Assembly (NCBI GenBank): GCA_013265495.1
Contig: MU057640.1
Coordinates: 939,303 to 1,003,302, forward strand
Direction of reading: 5' to 3'
Length of the DNA stretch: 64,000 bases
Source of the DNA: Vicugna vicugna
Taxonomy: Eukaryota
The notes beneath the pieces were generated by a model. It had not been told where the DNA came from and searched no databases. It was given only the letters and a program-made list of their open reading frames with translations. Numbering within the stretch: the first letter of the stretch is position 1; each line of letters begins with the position of its first letter. Shown one piece after another: positions 11,763 through 23,750 of the stretch. A program made the translations under genes and the position numbers.

Positions 11763-12192
11763 AAAAGTGAGGCATCAAAGCCTTCCTTGATATGGCTGAG
11801 ACGCAAGAAAGGATCTCAGGGCACTGGGTCTCGAAGATGGTGAGAGAAAGGCAGGCTGAAGGCGAGAGACTCAGCAAGGGAGGGCTGCAGGAAGGAAACA
11901 CAAGCATTTAATTCCCAGCCTCAGGCCAGCTCCACCAGGTAGATGTCTATGATTAAAGCAGCATCTTGCCAGCCTCCAATTTCCTAACTAGTTAAAGAAA
12001 GCAGCAATCAATGTTGAGAATAGAGTGAATTCCCTCATTAGAGAAATCAAGGAATACACAGAGCAACCACCACCTAGGATTTCCTAATTGCCCAAACAGA
12101 CAGATTAATTAAGTCACTTTAGAGAATCAAACAGATGAAATTTACATAAGCTGAAAGCACAATGCGGCAATGACTGCTCAGAAGGTGTCCAC

Positions 12193-12396
12193 CAGGGGCT
12201 GTCAGAGAGTAAAGATTTTCGGCTTTGCAGGCCATAAGGTCTCTGTCTCATAACTGTAGACCCTGCCATTATAGTGCAAAAGCAGCCACAGGCAATCTGC
12301 AAACAGATGGGAATGGCTGCGTTTCAATAAAATTTAATTTACAAAAACAGCCCAAGGGCCAATTTTGGTCCTCAGGTTATAGCATGCCGACCTCTA
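12193..12396 (+). mobile_element. MER58A-like DNA transposon
   Basis: 'ggctttgcaggccataaggtctctgtc...aaagcagccacaggcaat...gtttcaataaaatttaatttacaaaaacag...gccgacctct'. Confidence 0.85.
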
Positions 12397-12754
12397 GCTT
12401 ACATCATGTTAAAGAGAAGGTAACACCTTTTCACCTCTCAGACCTTGCACATCATAACATCTTACAGAGGATTAGCTGCTAATGTTAGCAAAGCAATAGT
12501 CAGAACTACCCCTTCGATTCTAGGATCGCCTGTAGGAACAGCCACTTACTGAGGGACGAGCGTATCACACGTCCCACACCAAGTTCTTTATAAGAAATCC
12601 ACTCTGACAGCAAAAGAGCTCATGCCACAGAAATTGTCTCTCATACCAAGAGTTTCTTATAACTTAATACAAATGTGAAAGGTAGTCAGTGTACAACGCC
12701 CTTGAATAATGCATAGGCTCCTTTTAAAGGAAGATAAAATCTCCTGGACCTTCA

Positions 12755-12993
12755 GCTTCATTTCACGTTACTTTTATTGCAATGTTGTTTAAATATGCAT
12801 AAAACTAATACAACTCAATACCAAGTGCCTTTGCTTCCAGCTCTCATGCAATTCCAAAACCAAGATAAATGTTAAAAATAAATACAAACCCAATAATAGT
12901 CCATTGCATTAAAATAATGCAGTGGATCTTGGTGTTCTGCTGCAGCGTCACTGCTTGCAATATGAAGATGTCACTAACTGCCACGGCCCCCAG
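12755..12993 (-). other. Candidate terminal exon / 3' end of an unidentified minus-strand transcript
   Basis: Minus-strand acceptor ttgtgttgccctag (AG = 12995-12994), AU-rich non-repetitive body, AATAAA at 12778-12773; no protein recognised. Confidence 0.3.
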
Positions 12994-13389
12994 CTAGGGC
13001 AACACAACATCATGTCATCCCTAGGCCTTCACTTAGCCTGCACACATCATTTACAGATCAATCCCCTTTCCTTCTCCCCGTCACTGGCCAGGAGAGTTTC
13101 AAACCCTCTCATAGAAACCAATGAAAACCCTGAAATTCAGCAGCAGATGATGAGAATGTCTGCACAGTCACTGTTTTCAGAGAAAACGCGAATCCCCTGA
13201 GAACGGGCCTGAGCACCCTAGTTTGGGAACTATTGCCATGGACACTGGATTCCTTAAGCCTACTCATGTTTCTGAAGTGATTTCTGTCCTCCTAGAAACC
13301 TCTGTAGCATATGTTATTTTCACCATTCAGGTGACACGTGGCAGTTACTTCATTCTTTCCCTCTGCATTGATCACTGGCTCCTCCAGGC

Positions 13390-13548
13390 TGGAGAACAAG
13401 GCAGGTGGACTTCTTGGAGGCTCTGGTTCTAAGCTGAGTTACAACTGTATGACGTCAAGAAAGTCACTTATTTTCTATGAGCCCCTGTCTCCCCCTCTGT
13501 AATGAGGGGACTGAACTCCCAGGTCCTTCCCATCTCTTACATTCTCTA
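13390..13548 (+). mobile_element. MIR/MIR3 SINE
   Basis: 'tgtatgacgtcaagaaagtcacttattttctatgagccc...ctgtaatgaggggactgaac...ggtccttcccatctc'. Confidence 0.65.
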
Positions 13549-13744
13549 TTGCGATGAGCTACAAAAGAAGGAATGGAACCAAAGCACAGAATCCATATTC
13601 AGGTGTTCCTAGAGGCAAGCAAAACATGTTGCTCGTAGAAGGACGACCTCGACACCTGTTCATTTGAAGAGAAACATCCGAGCGACAGGACATGACAACT
13701 AAGATGGGCCGTAGACCTCATTCAGCCTGCTGTTCTTATTTTAT

Positions 13745-13880
13745 AAATTAATTTATTTGAATACCTGCTCTGGGTTGGGCCTTATGCAAGATGTTGGAGG
13801 TATAATAGCAAACGTGACACAGGCCTTGCTCTAATGGAGCCTAAATTACAGTGAGGGGGACCAGATAAATCAGTGGTAAG
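13745..13880 (-). mobile_element. L2 3' end (continues at about 14120-14200)
   Basis: 'atttatttgaatacctgctctggg...gccttgctctaatggagcctaaattacagtgagggg'. Confidence 0.65.
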
Positions 13881-14004
13881 CAAGTAAAATATAATATAAT
13901 AGTAAGAAGTTATGTATATAATAAAAAATAGTAAAAATTTGTATATATGGAAAAATAGTAAATTTTTGAAATATAAATATAATTTTACTATACATAGTCT
14001 ATTT

Positions 14005-14013
14005 TTATTATAG

Positions 14014-14090
<77 letters not shown>
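14005..14090. repeat. Duplicated (TA)n microsatellite: [tattatagatttt(at)n]x2
   Basis: Directly visible tandem duplication of a flank plus (AT)n unit. Confidence 0.95.
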
Positions 14091-14097
<7 letters not shown>

Positions 14098-15469
14098 TAT
14101 GTATACAAATAGAAATAGCTCTGGCTACTTGAGGAGCATTGGTGGGCACCTGACCTTGACCTGGAGAATCCAAGGAAAGCTTCTAGAAGAACATTACTCA
14201 TCAGCGAGTCCTGTCCCCTCAGATCTGTGGAGACAGCAAGGTGTGGTGGGGAATGTGGCCATTGGGGACATGTGCCCTGAGTTCTGAAGGATGGCACCAA
14301 TTCATCTCTGGTTGACGTTTGCCATATGGCAATCTGGAGCCCCGTGTGCCATGTCTGCTGACTATTTGGATTTTTTAAAATAAAAATTACCGATTTTTAA
14401 ATTTTGGCACTTAACGTTTATATTTTAAATACTATTAAATAAAGCCTTCATCCAGCCCATCTGTGGGCCTTTTGACTCTCCCTGCTCTTTACCCCCTGTT
14501 CCCGCAGCCTTTTCTTCTTGCATCTGCAAAGCCTTCTGGCTGAATGTCTATCACAGGATGGGAAGCTTGCAGACATACGACTCCCAGACATTTGAAGTCT
14601 GGGAGAGGCACTCTGACGTGGGTATTTGAATGAAATAATCAGAGAATGTTTGGAATTTAGGGAGCTGGAGAGGGGGATTCTAAACAATTGATCAATCCCT
14701 CCTTTTAGTTCTCACATCGCTCCAACAGGAGGTGAGAATGTGCTTCATGAATTAAAGCGACTTGGGTCTCTAGGGAATTCATCGATTTCAGAAGCATCTA
14801 CTGAATTTCGTTTCGGGTTACTCTCCAACACACAGCCTTAGGCTGCTACGTCAAGCCTTGGGAAGCTTTCATTTCCTGTTAGAACAGGCCCTTTTCAGAA
14901 GGGCAGAAGCCCAGGACGGGGAAGTAGAACCCAAGTCGTAGTTCCGAAGTAGAAAATTAAGCTTTGATGTGCCCTCAGCGAATGCAGGGAAATCAAATCC
15001 CAAGTAGTCGAAGAGGCAGGTTGCTATGGCATTTCTGCAAAACACCACTACTGAGAATGAGAACCCTGAGATACGCGTACTTCTCCCCTTCCCTGCCTCC
15101 TCTCCCTTAGGCAAAGAACCTCCGAAGAGCTATGAGAAGAGAAAATGTGGTGTTAAGGATACCCCTTCAGAGCTGGGTTTCTGGGAGGATGGCGGGGAGG
15201 TCCTGCAATGACAGCGATGCTGGGTCCCCCTCTTTCATGCACCACTGCACTCTGGGGGTGGCTCAGCTCCTTTCCGCCCACCCCACAGGGGGCAGGCAAC
15301 AGCATTAATCAGCCACCGCCTAATTACCAGCTCGCTAATTAGTGAGAAGGGCTGCTCCCATGTCCCTGGTGTATCTTAATAATTAATCCATAAACTGGTT
15401 AATCTGTCAGTCCCTTCCCTTGATCTCCAGCTAAAAGCCACAGTGGGCTCTACCCTCAACCCCGACTCC

Positions 15470-15830
15470 TGCCTAGTCACACAAGAGAGAAAGCCTGGGG
15501 TCATCGTCCATCTTTCCCCTCTCAGTATCCTCTCCCATCACTCCCCAAATGCACCAGATCGACTTACTCAGTGTTGCTCTGACTTGTTCACCCCTTTACC
15601 TTCTCCCTGTTTCTCTTTCTGTTCAGGCCTGAAACAGTCTTCCTACCAGAATCTCCCTGCCTATCACTTTCCCCACTGCAACCCACCTTCCCTTCTGCTC
15701 CCCCAATTATCTACATGAAGTAGGCTCCAATGTGTCACTCCCTGGCTTAAAAATCTCACCTTCATCCCCACTGCGTATAAAATCAAGTTCAGCATATTGT
15801 GTGTGGCAATCAGAGTCTCCACCATCTGTA
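15470..15830 (+). mobile_element. L2 fragment
   Basis: 'agaaagcctggggtcatc', 'atgtgtcactccctggcttaaaatc', 'ataaaatcaagttc'. Confidence 0.6.
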
Positions 15831-16049
15831 CCAGCTGCACTGCCCTGCAGACCAAGCATTTAATCTTAAGTTGACTTTATCAACACTGGCCAGCACGAAG
15901 GGCTCTCAGTTCTGGTGTTTCAGTGGACGCACGGTGAGAGGGTATCTTTCTGTGACTCTAGACACTGCAGTTAAGCAGCAACAACGTGGTGACTGGCAAC
16001 TTGTTTACTTGCAGCTCAAGGAGTAGCCTGTAAAAAAGGTCTCTGTGGT

Positions 16050-16435
16050 CACACCCTCTGGCTCATTCACCACCTTACTTGAAGCTTTGGACACGGTTGA
16101 TCGTGTTTTCTCTCTTTCACTTTTCTTTACTTATATTGCATACTCCTCCTTTTCTTCCTGCCTTCCCAACTGCTACTTCAAGTCCTCCTTTGCTAACTCC
16201 TCCTTTCTTTCCTCCCCTTGGAGGACTCACTAGCCCTTGGCTCTCTTTTAACCTCTTCATGCATGCCCTTGGAGATCTCCTCTGGTCCCATGGCTTTCAA
16301 ACCCTTCTAGACTCGATGACACTGAAATTTATATCTATAGCTCTGACGTCTCCCTCTATCCCTCCCAACTGGATAAATGTAATATCCAATTACCTACTTG
16401 GATGTCTTTACTAAGAGGCAACTCAAGCTCTATAC
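16050..16435 (+). mobile_element. L2 fragment
   Basis: 'gctttggacacggttgatc', 'ccttggagatctcctctggtcccatggcttt', 'atatccaattacctacttgga'. Confidence 0.7.
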
Positions 16436-16451
16436 TTAGAGACAGCAGCTA

Positions 16452-16674
16452 CAGTTGACCTTGAACAATGCAGGGGTTAGGGGTGCCCACCCTCTATGCA
16501 GTCAAAAATTGTCATATAACTTAACAGTCTCCCTTCAGTATCCGCAGTTCCACATCCGTGGATCCGACCAACCCTGGATCATGCAGTACTGTAGTACGTG
16601 TTTTTGAAAAGAGCTTCATATAAGTGGACCCATGCAATTCAAATCCATGTTTGAGTCGACCCAAGGGTCAACTG
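16452..16674. mobile_element. MER8 (TcMar-Tigger) DNA transposon
   Basis: TIRs cagttgaccttg / caagggtcaactg with TA TSD; internal 'ggggttaggggtgcccaccctc', 'tataagtggaccc'. Confidence 0.9.
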
Positions 16675-16689
16675 TACTTGTTTATATCA

Positions 16690-17912
16690 CTGTAATCTCC
16701 AAACTGCTTCTTCCTCCAGTTTTATTTATTTATTCTTGTTAGACATCTCATCCATCATCATCCAACTACTAAGGGCACAAACCTCAATGACTTCCTAAGC
16801 AGACCTGCTCTGACCATCCTAGTTAAAAGTACAACTGTTCCCCTCCTCAAGGGTCCCTCCTCTATTTTTTTCTTTTTACCATAACATATATCCTCTTCAG
16901 AACATGCAATAGAATTTACTGCTTTTTACATTTATTTTCTTTCCCCTGCTAGAATGTAAGCTGTACAAGGGCAGGAATCTCTGACGATTGTGCTCACTGG
17001 TATATCCTAGCACACAGAAAAATGGTTGGTCCCTAATGAGTCAACAGTAATTATTTGGAAATGAACTGAAGAGTGAGGCTTAACTCACCTCTTTCTTTCA
17101 TTGCCCACATCCATCCCAGCAACAACTATGAATGAGTGCCACCCTCAAAACACACAAGGATCTGACTTTGTCTCAGCACCTCCACGGCTAACACCCTGTT
17201 CTGGGTCACCTTCGTCTTTTAGTTGGATTATTCTAGTACCCTCTAACCTGATCTCCCTACCTCATTCCTGTCTTGCTCCACTCAAAGCCATTCTTCATTG
17301 CACACAGTAGCCAGAAGTGTCTCTTTAAAGCATAAATAAGACCATGACCCTCCCCTGCTCAAACCCCTCCAGGGCCCTTCCATAACAGATCATGGCCTGC
17401 ATAACATCCCTCCTGCTTTGGCCCCTGCCCGCATCTCTGGTCTTACTCCCTTCCACTCTTCCCATGCCTTCCAGACACTGTGGCCCCTTCCAGGTTGTTG
17501 GAGAGTCACCCTTACTCTGGACTCAGAGCTTTCCATGAGCTGTGAACCTTGCCTGGTAAACTTTCCCCTAGACCTTCATATGGCTCCTTCTTCCCACCCA
17601 TCAGGCCCCTGTTCTGGTCAAATGTCACCTTTCCTGAGAAGCCTAATCCTTGACCACTCTCTCTGCCCCCTACCACCATCATCTGACATGATCCCTATTC
17701 GCTGTAATTCGTTTTTCTCCATAGTACTTATTATTGGAAACAAAACTTATTTGATTACTTGGTCTTTGGCTGTTTCCCTCATGAGAATGTAAGCTTCAAG
17801 AGAACAGGGGTCTTTGAGCTATTCACTTGTATCCCCAGGGCCCAGAAATGCCAAGCACAAAGTGGATGCTCAGTATATATTTGTTTCACTAGTGAATAAA
17901 TGAATGAATGGA
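16690..17912 (+). mobile_element. Two L2 3' segments (L2a-like)
   Basis: Two L2 termini: 'ctagaatgtaagctgtacaagggcagg' (about 16950) and 'gaatgtaagcttcaagagaacaggg...gaataaatgaatgaatg' (about 17785-17910). Confidence 0.8.
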
Positions 17913-18829
17913 TGGAAACCCATGGAGGTAGCACGCAATGCTCTCTGAGGCCTACACTCTCTATGGGGGAAAGGATGTGGCCTCGCATTAGAGGCAGTGA
18001 TCACTACTAATGGAATATTCCCAAGGCCTGACCTTGAACCACAGCAGGGTTCAGGCAGAAGTACAAACGCAGCTGAGGGCTCCCACCTCAGCCACAGGGG
18101 GCCATTCAGACCCTGTGTTAGGTCCTCACTCTAACGAGCACTTCAGTCTGTGCTGAACTTCTGCGAAGTTCTCTTGAGCGATTGAGTCTAATGGGAGACG
18201 GCACCTCGGTGGAAGTCGCTTTCACTGGAAGGCTCACAAGAGGGCCAGTTCTAATTGAACCCTTCATGGTGAAGAGGATAAAGTAAGCCGGAACGAGTGA
18301 ACAACAGAAAGAAAATCATGTTCAGCACGGGGATACCTTCTATTGCCCTTTATTGATTTATTTTATTGCCTTTTATTCGCTGTGGAGCTTATACCAAACA
18401 CTCAGCCTCTGAGGGCTGTTGGCTGTTTTAAGGGATTAGTGGGCAAAGGAGGTCTAGAAATTGGCAAGGTGCTAGCGCTAAGAAAAGGTTCCTCCTCTCT
18501 TTTGTCCTTTTGCTGGAAAGTGAAAGGGGAACCTTCTGACAGAGGGATCTTAGGGGAGTAGACTGGGGAGAAAGCTCAGAGTCACAGAGCCCAGGTCGCA
18601 GGTCTGGCTGCTACAGACTCCTGGGCAAGCCAGTTATCCTCTCGGACATTCATCTTCCTCCTCTGTAGGGCCTCGGCTCCATTTTCCTTTTTACCACCTT
18701 GCTCCCTCCTCTACAACATTTGATTGACACGGCTATCAGCAGAGATAATGACACAGCCTGTTCTACCTGCTGGACTTACTGTGAAGATGAGAAAGAACTT
18801 TGTAGTGATGAACAAGGGTGTCACACCCA

Positions 18830-18932
18830 CCACCAGGAAAACAGACAGACTCACAGACATAGGAAACAAACGCATGGTTACCAGGGGGCAAAGAGGCTGC
18901 AGAGAGATAAAGTGGGAGATCGGAATTTGCAG
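18830..18932 (+). mobile_element. Short L1 3' UTR fragment
   Basis: 'acagactcacagacataggaaacaaacgcatggttaccaggggg...gataaagtgggagatcggaatttgcaga'. Confidence 0.75.
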
Positions 18933-20249
18933 ACCTCATTTACAAATACAAATGTGAGTCACAGTTTGCCTATTAGATTTTTAGAAAAGAGTGCATTCAG
19001 TATTTTTATCTTGATTACTGACTTCTTGGACATTGCATCCTAGCCCGAGTCCTGTCAATCCTAACACCCGTGGGGAATTGTGAAGGGTTTTAAGCAAGGG
19101 AGTCACATGATTACTTGCCTCCCTTTAAAAGATACTGCAAAATTTCACTTGGAAAAATATTGATGAGATAATTTTTAAAATATAATAGTGAGGGAGCCTT
19201 TCCATGGAAAATGAGCAAAGGATAAAAAAAAAAAACACTGAGAAAATAAACCTATTATTGCTAGTGAGGAGAGAGAAATCTATTTCTACCTGATGCCCAG
19301 TAGTGTTTTGACAGATTCACTATATGGGAAAACCTACATCTCTAATCTCAAGGATTTATGGAGATGTGGACTAATGTAAGGACTGAACAGCTAGAAAAGA
19401 GGCACACTCAGGACTTTCTGCATGTTAATCATGTAATCCATGCTCTGATGGGCCGCACAGCCTGTTGGAAAGTTGGGATGCCATTAATGGTAATAAACTA
19501 TACATCTCAGATTCTCAGCCCCTGCACTGCACCCCTTAGAGTCTCCTCCACATACTTCCAGAAATCTCTGGACTTTTCCCACATATGTTCACAGCCACAT
19601 CTCATCCAAGTAGCCCTGTACAGGTGCCCAGACCCTGCCCCCGTGCAGCGTGTGGAGTGACCCAGGGGACTCTCCATTGCCCTTGAAGTATCAGAGCTGC
19701 TGAGCAGCTGTCGTGACCCTGAATCTTGTGCATGTTTTAATCGTACACATTCTCCCTGGAAAGACCAATAATACAAAAACACAAGATACTAAGGAAGTGG
19801 CTGATCCAAATAAATCCAGCCCAAGTCAGCACATGAGGAGCCATAAGAAAAAAGTGTTACATAAAAAGGACCCCCCCCCCAAAATCTGGATTTTATTATA
19901 CGAATCCAGATGGCATGGTTGTTATAACTGTGCGTGAAAGTTTTAAGGTCATTTGTGGGATTATTAGTTCAAGGTAGAAAGTCTTTTTTGCTCTGGTTCA
20001 ATGACCAACTGACTGCTGAAAATTGCCTAGGATCCAACATCCACTTACTGCTAGACATTGACATCATTAAGTTCTTAGTAACAAAAATCATTCATTTCCC
20101 AATGATTGAGGCCCTACTATTTCAGAGAGCTTCTTATGGCAGCCTCAAGGTGCAGCTCCTTCTCTACATTTAGTGCCTGACTCGCTCACATATATAGTTT
20201 TATTGCCCACTAATCTCCTCCTTCATGACATTTATCAACATGAGTAATT

Positions 20250-20440
20250 AACAGAGGAACAATAAGGACCTACTGCATAGCACAGGGAACTATATCCAAT
20301 TTCTTGTAATAAGCTATAATGGAAAAGAGTCTGAAAAAAATGTATGTATATGTATAACTGAACCACTTTGCTGTACACCCAAAACTAACATTGTAAATCA
20401 ACTACACTTCAATAAAAAATAAAATTAAAAAAAACCCAAA
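20250..20440 (+). mobile_element. Truncated L1 3' end with poly(A)
   Basis: 'cctactgcatagcacagggaactatatccaatttcttgtaat...attgtaaatcaactacacttcaataaa'; TSD gagtaatt at 20242-20249 and 20441-20448. Confidence 0.9.
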
Positions 20441-20654
20441 GAGTAATTGTACATTAATTTACACAATTACAATCCCTCTCTTCCCCTCCAGACCATAAAC
20501 GTAGTAAGACGTGGAAAACCTTGCTCTGCTACTCTTTCTCATGCTACTCTGAACCAGTTTAAGACCTGACATGTACTAGAAGTTTTGTGGAAGGAATAGA
20601 ATAAATGGAGGAACTACCCACTTTGGCGTTCGGACATTCTGTTTGGAATTGTAC

Positions 20655-20829
20655 CATGACTATAAATAAGATTTTATTGGAATACGGTCACATTCATTTG
20701 TTTAAGTTTTATTTATGCCTACTTTCTAGCCACACTGCAGAGTTAGCTAGTTGTGACAGAGACCATATGACTGGCAACATCTAACATATTTACTGTCTGG
20801 CCATTTACAGAAAAAGTTTACCATCCCTG
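20655..20829 (-). mobile_element. MER58A-like DNA transposon (partial)
   Basis: 'gattttattggaatac...ttgtgacagagaccatatg...atttactgtctggccatttacagaaaaagtttaccatccctg'. Confidence 0.85.
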
Positions 20830-21369
20830 CCTGAGACCATCACTAACATTAGAATTACTCTTTCTTTGTACTCCCCTCAGCAACTCGTTCCCCTGAATAA
20901 TGACTCAGACCCCCTGGCTTAACACACTCAGTTTTCTACTGGAGATAAAAAAGATTGCATCATAAATTCTTCTGCTTGGTAAGAGTCTTCTCTCCCTTGC
21001 TGAGTTTTTTTTTTTTAACAATTAATCAGAGAATTTTAAAGCTTGTCAGGGTCGTAAGATATTAATCAGCCTCATCCTGGAAAAAGATTGCTCTTAAGTC
21101 GTCCCAGGAAGCAAATTTTCAACACTTTCAGTCAACAAGACCAGGGAAATGAAGGCGGTGTCATAACACAGAATGGAGCGTGTGACAGAATGGTAAGAGG
21201 AAAAAAGTACTCAAAAGTGTGTGCATTTTAATGTACTTTTGTCATAATGTGAATGTGGAGGAACAAAGACTGAAAGGAAGACTCAAAGTGAAGCCAGGTG
21301 TTTAGATAAAATAGTAGCATTATTGGTAAGATTTTCTTTCCCTGGGTTTTAACTTACAATGATGGTGAC

Positions 21370-21472
21370 AACAGTGACAGGTGTGTAAGTGGGTACTGAG
21401 CACTGTGCCAGGCAACATGCATTTTATAGGTATTATCTCACGTGGTCCTGCAACAACCCCAAGAGATCGGTA
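21370..21472 (-). mobile_element. MIR fragment
   Basis: 'tactgagcactgtgccaggc...attatctca...caacaaccccaagag'. Confidence 0.65.
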
Positions 21473-22034
21473 CTGTCAGTTCTCAGCATTTGTGGTAATT
21501 ATGTTCCACACAACTGCTGTGAACACTGAATAAGCGAAAACCACACCACTGCTCCTAGGAGAAATACAGGGCTAGGTTCCTGCCAGCCTCTGGTCACCAC
21601 ATCAGTTGATCAACATATAAGCCTTGTTTTATGTGCATTTCTGTTTAGAGATACATTGTTTAATGGATACTGTTGATTCACTAACATTGAACTCATGGTC
21701 AGTAGCACTGTAACTCATGCCTGGATGAAGGTTATCCAACACACACGTTCTCTCCATAGGGCACATCCCAGCCTTCTTGTCCTTGGGAACACTAGACAGC
21801 AATTCTGCACTAGGCGTGGGGGCCATTTTGAACAGTGAAATCAACAAAAAGCACAAAAATGCAAAAAATGTGGCACCACATAGACTGTGAAAAGGATGCT
21901 GGTTCACAATATGAGGTAAAACAAGCCAACCGAGGGACGCCTTGTTCAACTGGGAACCTGCGTGTCTGAGTGACTCCAATTTTTCTAAGCTCTGTGCGTG
22001 TCTGCAAATGATGGCAAGAGAGCTGCAAGTATTG
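21473..22034. mobile_element. MER82 (TcMar-Tigger) DNA transposon, truncated
   Basis: 'gctcctaggagaaatacagggctaggttcctg', 'ttgattcactaacattgaactc', 'ggaacactagacagc', 'ggggccattttgaacagtgaaatc'; accounts for ORFs 21629-21979 and 21810-22028. Confidence 0.85.
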
Positions 22035-23033
22035 TAAGACTTTTCTTTAAGGGAACTTGAATGGGTATTTAAAATCAGGCAGACTTCCTAAGGGTGAACT
22101 TACTTGACTGAAATTTCAAGCCTGTTCCTTGCTTCTTTGCCTACTGCCAAGACCAAAATAGACTGCTAATCTCTGTGTGCGCTAAATCTACTGCCCACTT
22201 TGAAAGAATCTAATCTAAGGAACCAAGCCATCTTTGTGGCAGCACTAATAACCAACCAGCACGACCAGAACACGCGTGTGTCCTGAGCATTTTAGGGTGA
22301 GGGAGTTAGCACAACACACTGGGAGCCACAGGATACAGACATACTTGAAAAGTCATCTTTGTGTCAGCAAAGGTCTGCCTTTCTAATTGTGCACAGCTGT
22401 GTGGTTTCCCAACATAGTCAAGACGTGTTTGGCAGTGTTCAGTAAGGTAATGTTCGTTTATTTAGGTTCAAGTTTCTTAATGTCAATTGTGTGTTTAAAA
22501 CAAAAAAATCAACCCATTGTCTGAAGGGATTCAGTGTCTGAGTAAGCGAGGACATTCGCTTAGCCAAATAAACACCATAAACCAATAATAATGGCTTTAC
22601 ATTCTGGTTCACTCTCTTTTTCTTGAGGCATGTGCTGTCGTTACCAAGCAGAAAATCCAAATGGCCATTTCTTGACATTTTCCACTCAGGGAGGAGCTGA
22701 CCCTTCTACCTGAATGTGTACGATCATTACATCAGCCCCTCTGCCTGCGCACACAGTCCTCTCAAGGGCTCAAAAGGAGTCTCCGTTGCCCCAGAGACAA
22801 CCACTATTCCCATGCATTTATGCAATCAGATCCCACGACTGCTTCCACTGACTCACTGAAGCCGGGACACATGTATTCAGCATGTATTTAAATAGCGCTC
22901 ATTGCCATAGTAGCTAGGCATTTGGACAAGTCAGCTACTTTTGCAAGAAAACAGAAAAACAATGTAGGTGAAATAAAGAGAGGTCGACGCAGAGGCCTGT
23001 CAGTGATCATCTTCTTTGGCAAGCAGAGCTGGA

Positions 23034-23050
23034 GGGTCAAAATCAGGTCA
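23034..23050 (+). promoter_or_regulatory. Consensus DR5 retinoic-acid response element
   Basis: GGGTCA-aaatc-AGGTCA is an exact RGKTCA-N5-RGKTCA match; function untested. Confidence 0.35.
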
Positions 23051-23519
23051 AACTGTCCCCAATAAAAGGTGTCAGTCATCTGGAATGTTTTTGTTATCCC
23101 AGACAGAAACAGGTCACCTCAGCACACTCCAAGTTGGCCAATTAGAGTAAAGTTCTTGAGAAGTAAGAAATAAAGGGAAGAGATGTTGAGCAGAAGTCCC
23201 CGCCCCTCCCAAAGGAGGCAGACCAAAATTCCTGGAGGAGAGAAACATATCAGAGCCTCTCACAGGAAATCTACCTCCTTCCACCAAGGGCAGCTTGGAG
23301 GCTCATGTTGGGGCCTTGGCGACGTGCTATGCAGCTCTTATGTAAACTCAGGTGCAATTTATCTCCACTAATGCCCAGCAAAATACTTTTAGAAAGAACC
23401 CAGGGCAGGATAACAGACAGATTTTGTCTACATTGAGAAGGATTCTTGGGCTCTGTCTGGTTGAGAGACAGAGAAATGGGATCAGGTGGTAACATCTGTT
23501 TTGGTCCCTGAAAGAGCAG

Positions 23520-23750
23520 GGTGGTGGGCTTGACAGACAGCTCCAGGCACAGGCTTTGGGGTCAAGAGTACTGAATTCAAATCACCGGCACCCTCCCTGC
23601 CAGCTGTCTAAAGGCTAATCACCCCTCAGACACTCCTTTCTTCCATTTACATAAGAGAGAACAACAATACTCTCAAGGGATGTTTTGAGGATCAATGACA
23701 TAATGTTTGGAAAGTGGTTGATACCTCAGAAAAGCATATACATACGCTAA
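23520..23750 (+). mobile_element. MIR SINE
   Basis: 'cacaggctttggggtcaagagtactgaattcaaatc...gatgttttgaggatcaatgacataatgtttggaaagtg'. Confidence 0.7.

Noticed and set aside
14581..14605. 9-bp inverted repeat ctcccagac/gtctgggag
   Set aside because: Short, within chance expectation, and without supporting context
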